A stretch of DNA of 64,000 nt, taken from assembly GCA_977018835.1 (NCBI GenBank), contig OZ361258.1, positions 868,001 through 932,000 of the forward strand, written 5' to 3'. The position numbers and the translations under genes are program-made. Each line of letters begins with the position of its first letter. The first letter of the stretch is position 1. This DNA comes from Minutocellus sp. GHC0000111. Its lineage: Eukaryota. This document shows positions 31,885-46,177 of the stretch, in pieces. The notes beneath the pieces are model-generated. The model did no database searches. It saw nothing but the letters and a program-made list of their open reading frames with translations, and had not been told where the DNA came from.

Positions 31885-34800
31885 GGCCAATTTGAGAATC
31901 GAGTTCACGCTCCCTTTCACAACTGCACGATCGAAAAGGCGTCGTCAAAGACAAAAAGAAAGCAAAGAAAGGGAAGAATCAACGGAATTGTTATACTACG
32001 AAAGACTTGACATCCGCCACACCGTCACAGATTGATTTGGGCGGAGGGGTTGCTGCTGCTACTGTGCTTGGCGTCCATTAAATCACCACCTGCTGTGCAC
32101 CCACCTCCGCTTTGATTTGTTGCATATACAATTCTACTTGTACCACTCGTATTGTATTGTTTGACCGCCCACCACACCGGTGAAAGGAAAGGCAACGTTC
32201 ACCTCGGAGGAGCTGCTGCCCACCGGACAACCCCAACTGCCAATTGAACATTTTGTGAGCATCACTGTGCTCTTACAGGAATACCAATGACCTAATGGGA
32301 GACATGCGGCCTACAATAGGCTCAAGCCAGCCCCTTTTCAGAAAAATGAGTCGCGATGGTTTCTGACAGCAAATTCTATTACCGTATCATTGCGTCATAA
32401 GGAACATTTTCATGCGGCCTGAACTTGAAAAACACTCTCAAAAGTCATGGAGAGCCACGAAATCAGAAGATATTTTTCTTTCTTGTGTTGCTGTTTCAAG
32501 GTGCGCGTGGTGTTCGCGAGAGTTTTTAGGCACAGACGCTGATAATCCCCTGACCTCTTCTGCTGCTCACGGAACGAGGGTGTCCGCACCCTCAGATCTG
32601 CCTTGGGCTTAGATTTCGAATACAAAAGCAAGATTCATCATCACCGTTCCTCCCCCTCGCCTTCAGTTTTCTGTGTCCTCGCGCTGCTGTCGCACGCACG
32701 GTGAGCTCGTGAATGCTGCTGCTCTCTAGAGGGTTGGCTCCGGAGAAAAGTTGCCGAGCGAGGGCAGACTCTACCCTTTGAAATAAATCGCTGTCGACGT
32801 CTTCGATCATCGAGAGAAATACCCTTCCTTCTGTTGGCAGAAGCTCTCTTTTATCGATTCCGGTTTATGGACGCTTATTGATCGAGTGAAGATTCTGACC
32901 GGCAGCGCCGCAATTGTAGCCGGCGCAAGACTATGTAATCTCTCCCTCTCTCCCTCCCTCTCTTTCTGACTGGTCATTGGGTCTCCGTGTCTTGGGGCGC
33001 AGTCTTCATCTACTAGATAGTACAATCTGAAGCTAGAAAAGGAAAAAATGAGCAATCCTTGCGTCCGTATAGAGATGAACTAAGAGAAGAAGACGGAGAT
33101 GAGCGTCGACAGGCGTCCTCTCTTCCTGGGACAGAGACGAGAGAGTGCATTTCATCGTCTTGAGAACTCTATGACTTGCCAGAATCAGCTAGTAGGGCCT
33201 TCTCCCACTGCCCTAGTGCTTCTAAGCTACGGAATTTACATTTTATAATAATATGCCGAGAAAATAAAGACTGAAGGAGAATTCCACGAAGGACACAAAG
33301 ATCGGATCTCTCGGGGAGATCGCTTCGTATGAGGACGATGATGTCAAGCCACTTGCCTTGACCATTCACTTCATTTCAGTGTCGCCAACTAAACATACCG
33401 TCGCTGATTACGTGCAGGGCATTATTGGATCTGTATTCGACCTGAAGGGAAGCAATGGGCTACGATCATTTTAAGACACAAAAACAAAATCAGATTTTTC
33501 AGCATCGGTCTTTGACGATGTAACGCTTACACCCTTTCGGGCGTCGCCGGATTGCCCCAACCGCCCACCTGACAGCGACGTAATATTCGTGATGCTCTCA
33601 TGAAGTGACAGCCTGCGGCCAATCTCGCTCGAAATGCAATGCTATGTCGCTAGATAGCATCATTTACCCCAAACGACTGGGCTCCGACATTTTACGGTCC
33701 TGCCCTGCTACTTCTAGCTAGCTAGCGTCAAGAGAAGTGCTATCTGCCCACGAGACGACCCCTCCTTCAATACGGACATGGTGCCTCCAGTCAAACAGTG
33801 CGAACAGAACAATTAATGTGATGCGTGTACAAATTTAGTTGGGGTTGTTAATATGGTGAAGTAAGGAATGATCTGCGTTTCAAACTCTTTTCGATGTCTC
33901 TGGCTATGATGTGAGAAAAGCGCCGCTTTTACCTTGATACGTTGAGCTGCGTAGAATCACAATCCTACCAAGAACGCTGCCTTCTATTCTATTGTGTGCG
34001 TTGATGCCATATCACTTGGTGGTAAGGTCCCTTGCTACGCAAGCTAGCTAGCTGGCTCTAGATGTAGGCGAGCTTGCGAGGCATTAGATGAAAAATAATC
34101 TCCCGGAAGCATATGCGCCAATTATCAGTAATTCGAGCTCGATCCTGAGCACTCATTGAATAGCTATGACGAGTTCAAGAGCTCTCGAATGAAAAGGCTT
34201 TCCTGGATTACGCTGCATACCTAGATTTACTTGTTCGGCGATACAGCGCTATCAGGCAGAGCTATCTTGCTAAATCTCAAGCTTGAGATCAGTAGCATCA
34301 CAACTAAACCAACATGTCCTCTGGGGTGTAGTCGTTCGAAGGTGCGCAAGCGGGCGGGTCAACTTAATAAGGAAACTTAGGTGAGTTGATGTAAAACGTA
34401 GAGCGCCTGATTATTTTGTTTGCGTTGAGACTTCATTCACCCTATTATCTCATCCACAAAGGTAATGGCTGCCCCTTGGTGTACCTACGTATCTACGTAG
34501 CTGGAGCGAATCAATAATTAATTGATTACATCCTGACGACGAAGTCCTCGCGCCCATTCCCTTGTCTCTACCAAGCACTCCTCCCCGAAACGCTTTCATT
34601 TATCCTACATACTTCGACAGAATCTATCCCCCGCCGAATTTCACCGCTTATTCGCAGCTGTAGCTGTCACCTAGAACATTCACAATTTTGTTGGGTGACA
34701 TAGTAGCTGTTGGTATGATTCATAGCAATCCAGCATCACCAATCTACCGCTCCATGGACTGGTCCCCGGTCATCGACGGAAGAGCAGATTATGTTCCGAA

Positions 34801-37272
34801 AAGAAGATCGAAGATCACCGATCTACATGTAAGTAGAGCTGCATTATCCGACGAACGAGCATCCTGCCCCCTGCCTACCTCCCACTTGTAATGCACCGTG
34901 AGGGTACAGCCTTCCTCAACCAATGGCTTCTAGCATCAAATCCAGTACATCAAGGGTACGAGGCCACGCACTGGCGGGTCAAATCATTCTCTACCCCTGC
35001 GCCCTCCCCCGATATATTATTGATGTTATGGCACACACATGCTCGTAGCAAATTGCAAATTCAATCTATGACAGACAAATTCAAACCATGATAGGTAAGC
35101 TCACGCACACCGACCGAGCCCGGGCAAACTTTGTCGATTTCTGAAAGCAAAGGCGCGTCCACTCAACAATTACCGTATCGTTTACCAAAAGAGATATCTC
35201 CCCTCCACGCAGGGGACCTGCTAGGCCTGTGAAAAAAAAAACCGGCTCAATGGCGATAAAGCGAAGCTTCACTTCGAAATGGCTTGACTCCCTGCCATTT
35301 TTACTCTTCGTTGCCATGGTGAAGTATCCATCAGCAGCGCCCGTTCTTCCTTCAAGAGGGTAGCATTTCAAGCGTTTATTCCAAATAGTCTTTCCAGTCT
35401 TAGGCGGATTCTGACTCGGATCGACCGTCACGTCTAGATGTCGGCAATTGCATACGCATAGCTACGTAGCTAGATCTAGCTCGGTATAGCCGTAATCTGA
35501 TCCCCCCCCCACCCCCCCACCCCCCCTTGGTGGTTTACAAGCCGTCATCAATATATTAGCTGTGTGGGAAGGAAACTCGTGGATGCTCACGCATACCCCA
35601 AAGCTTGCCACAAGGTTCTGGTCCAATCTACCGCAGCTATGTAGCAATGATTGCCCTCGTCTGTGCCAAGATAATTGTCGTTTTCGGGCCTTTCGCGATC
35701 AACAGCCAGGTAAATGGATGTGGCACTCGTCGGTGAAGCTTTACCATAAAAATGTGCTTGACGCATCATTGCTCTCGCCCTTGAAGGGTGTGTATGGAAT
35801 GGATGAGGGATAGGACTGTCCAAACACCCACCGGTCACGTGTCTGCTGGAAATCGAGCCATTTTTTCATTTGTTCCACATCTTCCACCCCAGCTAGAAAC
35901 AAACAATCAATTCGGTGGCTCCGATATGCTTTCTCCCGATCCAAGTTGAAAGTTTCGTTTGTGTGGGTTCTTATAGATTTACAGCAAAGGGTAATGCTCG
36001 TCTGATCCTTCATTTTCCATCTATCTCTTACCCCCAAATAGGGTGCTATAAACCTACTTCCCCACCAACCTGCACAAGCAGCCAAGCGACAATGGCTTGG
36101 CCGAGTCGGGCCTATCGATGTTATCTTTGATCCGACTTTCCAGTCTACGCACGAGAAGCTTGGACGGTCATTTATTTATTTGACCTCCGAATCACATATC
36201 TACGTTACAGCTCGCCGCAAATTACCGTCAAGATGGCGGTACGTCCTCGCGCACAGAGTTTCAAGTGGACAACCCAACCGCCAAAATCACGGCACACTTC
36301 CTGGTTCCCATCGCTTGCCCGCCAGATCCATCAACCTCAAACTGCGGGGGCTACGCTCAAACTACGGAGGATTAAGTCTTTGAGTTGCAATAGATATTGG
36401 TTGCCAGCTCGATGCCGATGAATACATGTACCGAACCCCAGCCAGCTGTTTACACTTTGCGCTAGTTTCGGCCCGTAGTAGCAAGGGCATAGCCCTCAAA
36501 CCCACCCAAAGTGACGAGGTTCTTCCTTTGTCTAAGCCACTTGAAGTACTAGCTACTTGCGAATGTATTTGTGGGGGCTTTGGATGTGCGATCAAGCGGG
36601 TGGGGCCTAAACCAAGAAATAGTTCATCTAATCCATCCCATTCATGCGCTCTACCACCACAGCCTTACCGTAAGATCGTAGTACCATGGTACACTGCGTA
36701 CTATTCGGGTAGCGCTGAATCCCGGCGCTCTTTTTATATCCACACAAGGATGTCGGGAGGTATGCCTTGCTACGTAGTACCCAATCCATCAAGTTTTGGT
36801 CGATTCGCTGGCATCTTCGTTTCAGCTTTACTTACAGCTGTAGGCAAGGGCAAGTTCATACTACTGGCATCATGGCTACCCCCTATCCCAGCCCGATCGA
36901 ACCGGACGATAGCTCGCACAACACACCGTCCGTACAACGTCACATCTATAGGCCTTGCCATCTTCGATTGTCCTTGCCAGGGCACGATGGAAAATAAATT
37001 GTAACGTAGCCATTGATAGACTCTGACTCTAGCAAGCTACGTTAGAACCAGGGACACCGTAAATATATTTCTTTCTCATAAATATTACTTAGATGGCTTA
37101 TTCTGCCTACTAGAGGTACAGGTTGGAAGAAATTGTTCCAGTCAACGCCGATGTCATGTAGTAAACGCCCCGGATATTAATATGTATCCGTGGCCTTTCC
37201 CCATAGAGCCGATGCTTTCTCCTTGGATTCGCTCACAGCGTTGTACCATCTTGCGTCGACTCCTCCGTTTTA

Positions 37273-38780
37273 TCAATTAAATTTCCTTCTTTCCTCTTTC
37301 TCTTCCTCATCAGCGTTTCTCTCTGTGGTACCGGTAGTATCTCCCATGAAGCCCGACTGGAATGCCTGCGGCTGAGGAATCCCCACGCTGCCCCCCATTG
37401 CCTGAGACTGGAGCTCGAGCAGAGCCGAGCTAAGGTGTGAAAGGTTGGGATCGTCTGCGGGCGCTACCGCCGGATTGGATTGATTCCCGACCGATGCATA
37501 TGGGGCTTGCCATCCTAATAGGTTTAGGAGATTTTGAAGTTGCAGCTGTTGGGCAATTTGGGACTGTTGGGAAATCTGATATTGTTGGGCGAGGAGAGCC
37601 TGCATCAGCAACTGCTGCGGAGCTAAAGATGGCACAGCAGCCAGCGCCGGGTCGGCACTCTGGGCGAAATTTCGAGGATTCAACCCTCCTCCCGCCGGCA
37701 TCATCGGGAGTCCGTTTGTCCCCATGCCGACTGCTGCCGACGCGCCAGATGAATTACCACTCGTTGTCTGAGACGAGATGACTGCACCGTGACTACCGAT
37801 GCCAGCACTGCCATTGGCTACATTGGTTGAAGCGGCGGTAGGAGCAGCCGCTTGCCCGCCCGATTCTCCATCGGTGCGACCTTTTTCGCGGCGAGGCAAT
37901 GGAGGGAAAGCTGATGACCGTGTGAGAGTTGGAAGGGGACTCTTCTCTGCCATCCGGTAGAAATTCGGAGCCACGACAATCGAATCTTCATCGATCTTAG
38001 CCCTGCCCCTCTTTACCGGCTGCGATGGACACGGCAGTGGCTTTATAGGTCGGCGAATCCTACTTGACAGATGCGGCATACCTCGAAGGAAGAGCTACAC
38101 ACACGGTGCAAGTTGGTCAGTTGTGGTTCGGTCGGTTGTTGCGGATTGAATGAAAGAGCGAATTCGACATGACAGGAGGAATTCCACCGGCGGGGTAAGA
38201 GAAGAGGGGGTAATAGTCGCGAAAAACAAATAAATAGGGCATCGTATGATTCCGTGCTTACCTCATGATAATACCCGCCGTAGTCCGGTCCCTGATTTAT
38301 GCGCTGGAAACCCCAACCGTTGACCTGACGCATGAAGGAAGAATACTTCCCATGGCGGAAGTAGAGAGGTATGACCTGTTCCTCGAATGCCCTTCTTTGG
38401 TGGACGCGCCAACCTCTACCGTGCGGGAGCCAGGAGACAATGTCATCAAAGGCACAATTCGACAGGATGGAATGAAGCTTCGCGACGAAGGGTGGCTCTT
38501 TGTTGTTGTTATTGATGCGCCCCCCGTCGGAAGACTCTTGGTCAATTCCGCCTCCGGTTGAAGGAAACGATGGCGAAGATATGCCGTCGAACTCCTTCAT
38601 ATCTTCTGGATTCAAGTGTGAGTGGTCAGTGTATGCCTGGACTTTCCCTCCGGTCGTTGCTGGGGAGGAGGAAGGGGGGCGCACCGTGCTCCGTTCCTCC
38701 CGGAGAGGTGGGTGCGCGGACTTCTTTCGATCGTCATCGTCCTCCGGAGAAGCAGGCGCATCCTTCTGCCTATCTTCCAT
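37273..38780 (-). CDS. HSF-type transcription factor, copy 2 (intact); intron 38095-38261
   Basis: FVAKLHSILS, SWLPHGRGW, SFMRQVNGWGF. The GTAAGC...TAG intron joins YYHE to LFLRGMPHL; the C-terminus is Gln-rich. Confidence 0.88.
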
Positions 38781-39496
38781 TGTTACCTGACGCAGCTGTT
38801 GTTCTGGCTTGCTAATGACGAGAAAGGAAGTGCCCTACCGGTACAATTACAGGACAACAACACAAAACGACGAGATGATTCTTCTAGGCTTCAAAAAGAG
38901 TGTGAGTCCCGATAAATAAATGAAAAAAAGCAAAATCACAATCATTTGGTGGATTCAATCCTAATGACTCTCTCCCAAAGGGTCTTGAAGCTACTAGCTA
39001 GTATCAATATTGTAGAGATACGAGTACGAGTACGTCGTCCAAAGGAGGAGGGCCGAACCACCGAGCAACGTAGCGGCGGCAAGGGCCGCCAGGGTGGCAA
39101 AGGCGGGTGGTGCCGATGTCTTGTTGCTCTTGCTGCTGCTGCTGCGCGGTCGTCGTCGTTTTACTGGCGAGCGGCGAGCAGATTGCTCGTTTTGTTGTGG
39201 GTGGTGCTGCACACGCCTCCGGTTGTTCATGCTTGGTACTGGCAGGGCAGCACCGCCGTACCACGAGGAACACAGGGTTATTCCGAGCAATGCAGATGCC
39301 CTGCTCATTCTTCTTCGCGGGCTCCTCGCTGAGCAAGCGAACGACGGACAGATCACTTTTCAACGCGAAGCAAATCGCGAAGCAGCAAATGCATGATGTA
39401 CCAATTGGTACATGTAGTAAAAAACGACACATTTCGGATACCGGCAGAGTGGAAGAGCAAGAGCACGGCAGGTATCAGTGAAACCGTCAGAGAACC

Positions 39497-42400
39497 ATGT
39501 CGGACCGCCGCAAACGCGACGACAGCGATATGCATGGACGTGGCAGCAGCAGCAGCAGTGGCGAGCGCCTGACTGGCCTCCTTCCGCAAAACATCAAGGG
39601 CGGACTCATGAAACCGTCATCGTCATCTTCTGGAGGAGGAGGCGGTGGGGTAGGACTCATGATGGCCCCGCCCAACCCCCGCCGTCCTGGCAGCGGTGGC
39701 AGCAGTGGCGGCAGTAACAACGGCGGTGGGTCGTTGCTGGGCCTCGATCGTCTAGCCGCCGAGAAGAGACGTCAACAGCAGCAACAGCAACAGCAGACTC
39801 AACATCAGGCACAACAACACCAGCAACAGCCGAGCAGCAGACGCCAGTACCGGCCGAGGCAGGACGAGACCCCGTCGCATCCCGGCGGGGTCAACCGCGA
39901 CGCGGAGCGGAGGGCCCGGGAGCGGCAGAGGGGGTGGACGGCCGACGCGCGCAGCCGGGGGGCTTCGAGGTGCGGACGAGCGCTGCCAGTGCCGGCAGCG
40001 GAGGCGGCAACGGCTCGACGAGGAGGGACCGGGAGTATACGACCGAGACCGAGACGATGGTCGAAGCAGCAGCAGTCGGCGCCGTGATCGTGACCGCGAG
40101 CGAGAGCGAGACAGACATTCTTACGACCGAGACGACGACTATCGTCGTCGCCGCGATCGGTCTGATCGCGATCGGGATCGGTACAGCAGCAGCAGCAGTC
40201 GAAGGAGGAAGCGATCCAGATCGCGCAGTCGCAGTCGCAGTCGAAGTCCCGACGGCCGTGGCAGGAGCATTGCAACTAGCAGCAGCAGGGGCGGCAGCAG
40301 GAGTAGCGCGTACCGGAGAAGTCATCACGACGAGGATGCTCGAGATCGTTTGGCCCACGCCGAAACGCCCATGGTCGGTGGGGGTAGCAGAGGGGATGGC
40401 AGAGGAGACAGACGAGCAGAGAATAGTAGGAGTGGATATCCTCAGAACAAGCAGCAGCAGCAGCAGCAGCGGCAACAGTACGGCTATAGCGGTCGAGACG
40501 GTGGTTCAGGATCAGCTTCGGCCACACCTATGGTCGGTGGTGGTGGGTATTATGACCGTCGCCGGCAGCAGCAGCATCGACCAGAAGCGGCGACACCGTC
40601 GACGGCGTCCATGTCGCTGTCGTCGTGGGACGTCGAGACGCCCATGTCGAGCCGGAGGGACGCCGAGGATGATGCCCTCCTTCGATCGAAGCAGCGGAAT
40701 TCTAGTAGGAGCAACGGTAACGACGACGACGACGACGACGACGACGAGGCAGCCGCCCCCCTCAAGCCAGGCGATGACGAGGGCGACGACGAATTCGATC
40801 GGCAGTACTATCTGGCCGACGACGACGAGGCCTACGTTCCATCGCAGGATGCGTCCGATCCGTCCCACCAGCACGATCTGGGCCGCTTTCTATTTGAATC
40901 CGACAAGACACTACAGAGGGAGGCCGAGATGGAGAAGAAGCGGCGGGAGGGTGGTCTCGGCGGTGGAGTCGTCCCCCGCGAACAGCGCGTGTCGGCCCGT
41001 AAGTCGGCCCTGCGAGACGACCAAGATGCTTGGGAGGAGAATCGGCTTCTCAGCTCCGGCGCTGCCATCCGTGGCGACGTCGATCTGGACGTAACGACCG
41101 AGGACGATACGAGGGTGACGCTTTTGGTCCATCAGGTGAAGCCACCTTTTCTCGATGGGAGGGCGTCCTTTTCGACAATTCGAGAGGCTGTACCGACAGT
41201 GAGAGATGCCACGTCGGACTTTGCCAAGATGGCCAGGGAGGGATCAGTCACCCTGCGCATGCTCCGCGAGAAGAAGGAAAAGAATGCCATGAGGCAAAGG
41301 TTTTGGGAACTCGGCGGCACTAAGATGGGCGACGCGATGGGTATCAAGGAAAAGGAGAAGAAGGGTGGCAAGGAACAGCAGGAGAATGAAGGGGAGGGAG
41401 ACAGTGCCGCCAAGGCACCATCGGCTTCAAACACCGACAACGATGACAACGCCAACACAAAGGTGGAAGAGAATGCCGACGGAGAGGTGGACTACAAGAA
41501 GTCATCTGGCTATGCATCTCACTTAAAGAAGAAGTCCGACGGTGCCGATGGCAAAGAAGGGGCCGTTTCCGAATTTGCCAAGAAGAAATCCATCCGGCAA
41601 CAGCGAGAATACCTTCCCGTTTATTCTGTTCGAGAAGAGCTACTGAATGTCATCCGAGAAAACACCGTAGTCGTCGTCGTTGCCGAAACTGGCGCAGGAA
41701 AAACGACACAGCTGACGCAGTATTTACTGGAGGAGAAATACGCTGAATTTGGTCTTATTGGGTGTACCCAGCCCCGACGAGTGGCGGCGATGAGTGTTGC
41801 CAAGCGAGTGAGCGAAGAGGTTGCAGCAATGAAGGCCGAAAAGGTCTGCCCCTTGCAGAGCAAGACGAACTCGGTGGTACCGTCGGGTATGCGATCCGTT
41901 TTGAGGACCAAACCTCGGAACATACCCTGATCAAGTATATGACGGACGGCGTCTTGCTCAGGGAGTCACTTCGCGATCCAGACCTCAACAAGTATTCGGC
42001 CATTATCATGGACGAGGCGCACGAACGGTCTTTGAATACAGACGTTTTGTTTGGTGTGCTGAGAAAGGTTGTGGCAAGGCGATCCGATCTCAAGCTCATC
42101 GTTACGTCGGCAACCCTCAGTGCAGATTCATTCTCCACATTCTTTGGCGGGGTGCCAATCTTTCGTGTCCCTGGACGGACATTTCCCGTCGAGACATACT
42201 TTGCCAAGGGGGTTCAAGAGGATTACGTCATGGCAGCTGTCAAGCAAACTCTACAAATCCACTTCAATAGCCCTCCCGGGGACATCTTAATCTTCATGAC
42301 AGGACAAGAGGACATCGATGGGACGTGCCAGGTCTTGGCGGAGAAGATGGAGAAACTGGGAGGCGAACATGATTCTCCTCCTCTTCTTGTTTTGCCCATG

Positions 42401-43774
42401 TACTCTCAATTGCCCGCCGACATGCAGTCCAAAATCTTCGAGGCCGCACCAAAGGGCGTACGCAAGTGTATTGTGAGTACGAACGTTGCCGAGACGTCTC
42501 TCACAGTCGATGGCATCCGATACGTTATCGACTCGGGCTGTTGCAAGCTGAAAGTTTACAATCCCAAGATTGGAATGGACGCCCTCAACGTCACACCAGT
42601 CAGCCGAGCCAATGCTAAGCAGCGATCTGGACGAGCCGGCCGTACTGGACCTGGATTTTGCTTCCGACTGTACACCGATAGGCAATTCCGGGATGAGCTG
42701 ATGGAGACGGCCGTTCCGGAGATCCAGCGAACGAATCTAGGCAATGTCGTGTTGCTGCTAAAATCCCTGGGCATAAAATATCTTCTGGAATTCGATTTCA
42801 TGGACCCACCGCCGGAAGACAATATAATGAATTCTTTGTATCAGCTCTGGATCTTGGGTGCCCTCGATAACACCGGGGATCTCACCCCGATGGGAAGGCG
42901 GATGGCGGAGTTTCCTCTCGATCCGCCTCTGAGCAAGATGTTGCTCTTTTCCCATGAAAAAGGCTGCTCATCCGAAGTTCTCACCATAGTTTCCATGCTG
43001 AGTGTTCCAAGCGTCTTCTTCCGCCCCAAGGATCGAGAGGAGGAAAGTGACGCAGCTAGAGAAAAGTTCTTTGTGCCCGAAAGTGACCACCTAACCTTAC
43101 TCAACGTCTACCTCCGTGCCAAACAATACAAGTTGGACGCTCAGTGGTGCACGAAGCACTTCATCCATGCCAAGGGTATTCGCAAGGCTCGTGAGGTCCA
43201 CGCGCAGCTGCTTGATCTGATGAAGCAACAAAAGCTAAGGCCTCGCTCCTGTGGGGGATCTTGGGATATCGTTCGAAAATCCATTTGCTCAGCATACTTC
43301 TACAACAGCTCCAAGATCAAGGGCATTGGTGAGTACATCAACATGCTAAGTGGAATCCCATCAGCGCTCCATCCCTCTAGCGCTCTCTTCGGCCTTGGCT
43401 ACACTCCCGACTATTTGGTGTACCACGAATTAATCAGTACGACCAAGGAATACATGTCATGTGTGACGGCTGTTGAGGGTGAGTGGCTTGCTGAGGCCGG
43501 TCCGATGTTCTTTTCAGTCAAAGAAAGCTTTGAGAGCACCCTCAAGAGACGCCAGCAAGAAAAACTTGACGCAGCCGCGATGGAGAAGGATATGAAACGG
43601 AAAGAGGAAGAAGAAGAGGACCAAAAGGAGAGGGAGCGCATCGCTGCCGCTAAGCAACGAGCGAAATTGTCCAGTAGCAGCCGTAGAGGAACAGCGGTCG
43701 CGACGCCGGGCCAGTTGACCAACTCAACTCCTAAGTTCATGCCTCGAAAGAAGGGCCGGCGCATGGGTTTGTAA
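39497..43774 (+). CDS. PRP16: Pre-mRNA splicing DEAH helicase PRP16/DHX38; apparent frameshifts near 39932, 40039 and 41842
   Basis: [13 protein letters not shown]-rich region, [59 protein letters not shown], plus HA2 and OB domains. Confidence 0.93.
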
Positions 43775-43911
43775 AAAAGAAGTATTTAGGCTACTCGACA
43801 TCATAACTTCTTCTTAAACCATGTAGTGAAAGACAAGTGCATATTTAAAAGTACCACTTAATGTATACATGCGTGTACAGCATCATCGATTCTAATCAAA
43901 AGATACCTGTT

Positions 43912-46177
43912 TCAAGCCGCAGCTGCAGCAGTGTGAAATTGAACTCCATAAGCTTGGAAGAGGCTTGGTAAGACGAGAGGAAGTTCACCTGATGGATCGA
44001 AAGAGGATGCAGATACCAGTTCCCTTGCTGCTTCGACAAATGATTCCTACATGGCATTGGCAAAGGAGCGGACGAAGAACAGGTGTGAGAAAGAACTGCC
44101 TTGCAGAACACCTAACATGTGCAGTGAATGTAGAGATAGCAACGGATCATCATGGAAGCCAACAAAGAATAACTTACCATCGCTCGTGATACTTCTCCCA
44201 TTTCCATCTGAATATTGCCTCGCATCGAAAGGATATTGGACAGGATCTCCGCACGGTTTCCAACATTGCTTTCGAGAAGAATCTCAAGTACATCATCATA
44301 CGCTCGAAGAGCCTCTTCGAGATCACCATGACTATAGTATGACTGTGCAATCAGTATCTTGAGGCCACAGATGTCAGCAGCTATACTTGTGTTGCTTTCA
44401 ACTCCATGATGCTTGGCGACGAAGGCTTCAATGGCCTTCAGAGCAAGCTTGAAGTGGAAGATAGCGCTAGGGTAGAGGCCGAGGTCACTCTTGATTCGAC
44501 CTACACAAACATGGCTCTCTTCAATGTCTTGGTCGTCTTGGGTCAGCCATTTGACCCGTACCTAGGTAGGAAGAGTGATTGTTCCAGGAGCAAAATACCT
44601 CTTTGAACGGATGATGCTTCGATATGAAGGCGTCCTAAGGTGTGAATTGCGGCGGCCATGTTCTTTCGTAGATGTAGATCACTGAAGATACGAATAACTT
44701 CCTCTGATAAAATGGGATCGATCCCTGCCGAGCCTCTTGGTGGTATCATTGCGAAAGGTCGATCTTGTCGGTGCCCATCATGAATGATCAATTCGAGGAA
44801 TTTGTTCCCATGCTCGAAACTTTGTTCAATCTTCCCTGCTGCAAACATAACCAGGGATAAATTGTAGTGAACAATAGCAACCTGGACGCTGTTTTCGCCA
44901 AATGTCGATGTGACGAAGTGCATGAGTACATTTCCATTCTCGATGGCTGCTGATCCATCGCCCTTCTCGTAGTATATCCGGAGAAGGAGTGAGAAGATGG
45001 CAACCGAAACCTCTCGAGTTGGAACACTTGGCCGGCGAGGACGGGGACGGGGTGATGCTCCCAAGCCTCTTTCGGGTCCGGTTTGATCAATACCAGAGGA
45101 TAGAATTGGCAGGGCCTCGACCAAACTGCTCATGGCATGCTCGAGTCTCCCCTCTCGATAGTGCACATAGGCGTGACAAGTGAGAACCAAGGCATATATC
45201 GAGGACGAACTTGTTGGGATGAAAGACAACGCCATTGCCATCAGCCTCTGGGCTGATTCAAGATTACCCGAAGCCGGGTGTTGACTGAACACCAGTCCCA
45301 TGTTGAAAAGAGTTACGCCCGAATCCAAATACTCATCATAATCCTCATCATCGGGGCTGATACTGTATGGGTACGAACTTCTACTGGTCGGAGGTCTACT
45401 CCCTTGGTTTCCAGTCATCGTTGTCGACCAGGACGACGACGACAGCGATGGCAAAACGGCCGGCCTCACCGTGCCACGCCGAGAACTTCTGCCATTTTCC
45501 TCCACATCCTCTTCTCTACTGGCAAACTCCTCGTTGACATAAAGAGCGATCGGACGAGACGGACAAAGAAGGCCGTGCCTGGAAGTATTAGAATGACCCT
45601 CGTCAGTTCCACCGCGCCTCTCAATTCCATGCCGACTTATACTCAGAAAGTCGAGAGGGGCCCCATAGTCCCTCGAGGGATGATTCGACGACAGCCTGGA
45701 CGTTGTGCCCCCATCGGCGGTGGCGCCGGCAACATCCATGTTTGTTTCTGCTTGACGATCGGTGCCAGTGCCGGTGCCCATGCCAGTTGTCTCAGTTGCA
45801 TGGCTCTGCAACTGCTGCTCCTCGATCAGCAGGCGCCTGTAAAGATCGGTGGCATCCTCCATACGCTGTGCAATTTCATGCTCGATAACAGGAGCCGACG
45901 ACGACATTGATGTCGATGCAATCCCGGATCTTGGAACCGCCATCGGCGGGTTCTGTTGCTGCTCCTGCTCCTGCTGCCGCGGCCCAGAGGAGTCACATTG
46001 TCCCTGCTGTCTATGACGCTCGATCCTATCTGCGCCGATGCGCCGACCTCGAAGCATCGACGCACGGATACTGATGGCATCTCGATAGTTCTGGAAAGCT
46101 TCGTCGTACCGTCCCCGTTCGTGAAGGAGGCGGCCAATGTTATTGAACGTCGCCGCTGCTTCGCGAAGCGACGTCAT
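43912..46177 (-). CDS. TPR-repeat protein; frameshift near 44545-44570, intron 44047-44177
   Basis: AATFNNIG.L....G.YDEAF..Y..A and further TPR-like helices. The downstream frame continues the repeats and, after a GTAAGT...TAG intron, ends in AAAAA*. Confidence 0.7.

Noticed and set aside
35081..37004. Several ORFs of about 60-190 aa
   Set aside because: No recognisable motifs and no consistent splice model.
38994..39356. Short ORF with one hydrophobic segment, divergent from PRP16
   Set aside because: No family signature; it may be a gene fragment, but I cannot support a call.
39934..41094. 386-aa ORF with apparent hydrophobic stretches
   Set aside because: Mostly an off-frame reading of the RD/RS-rich PRP16 N-terminus.
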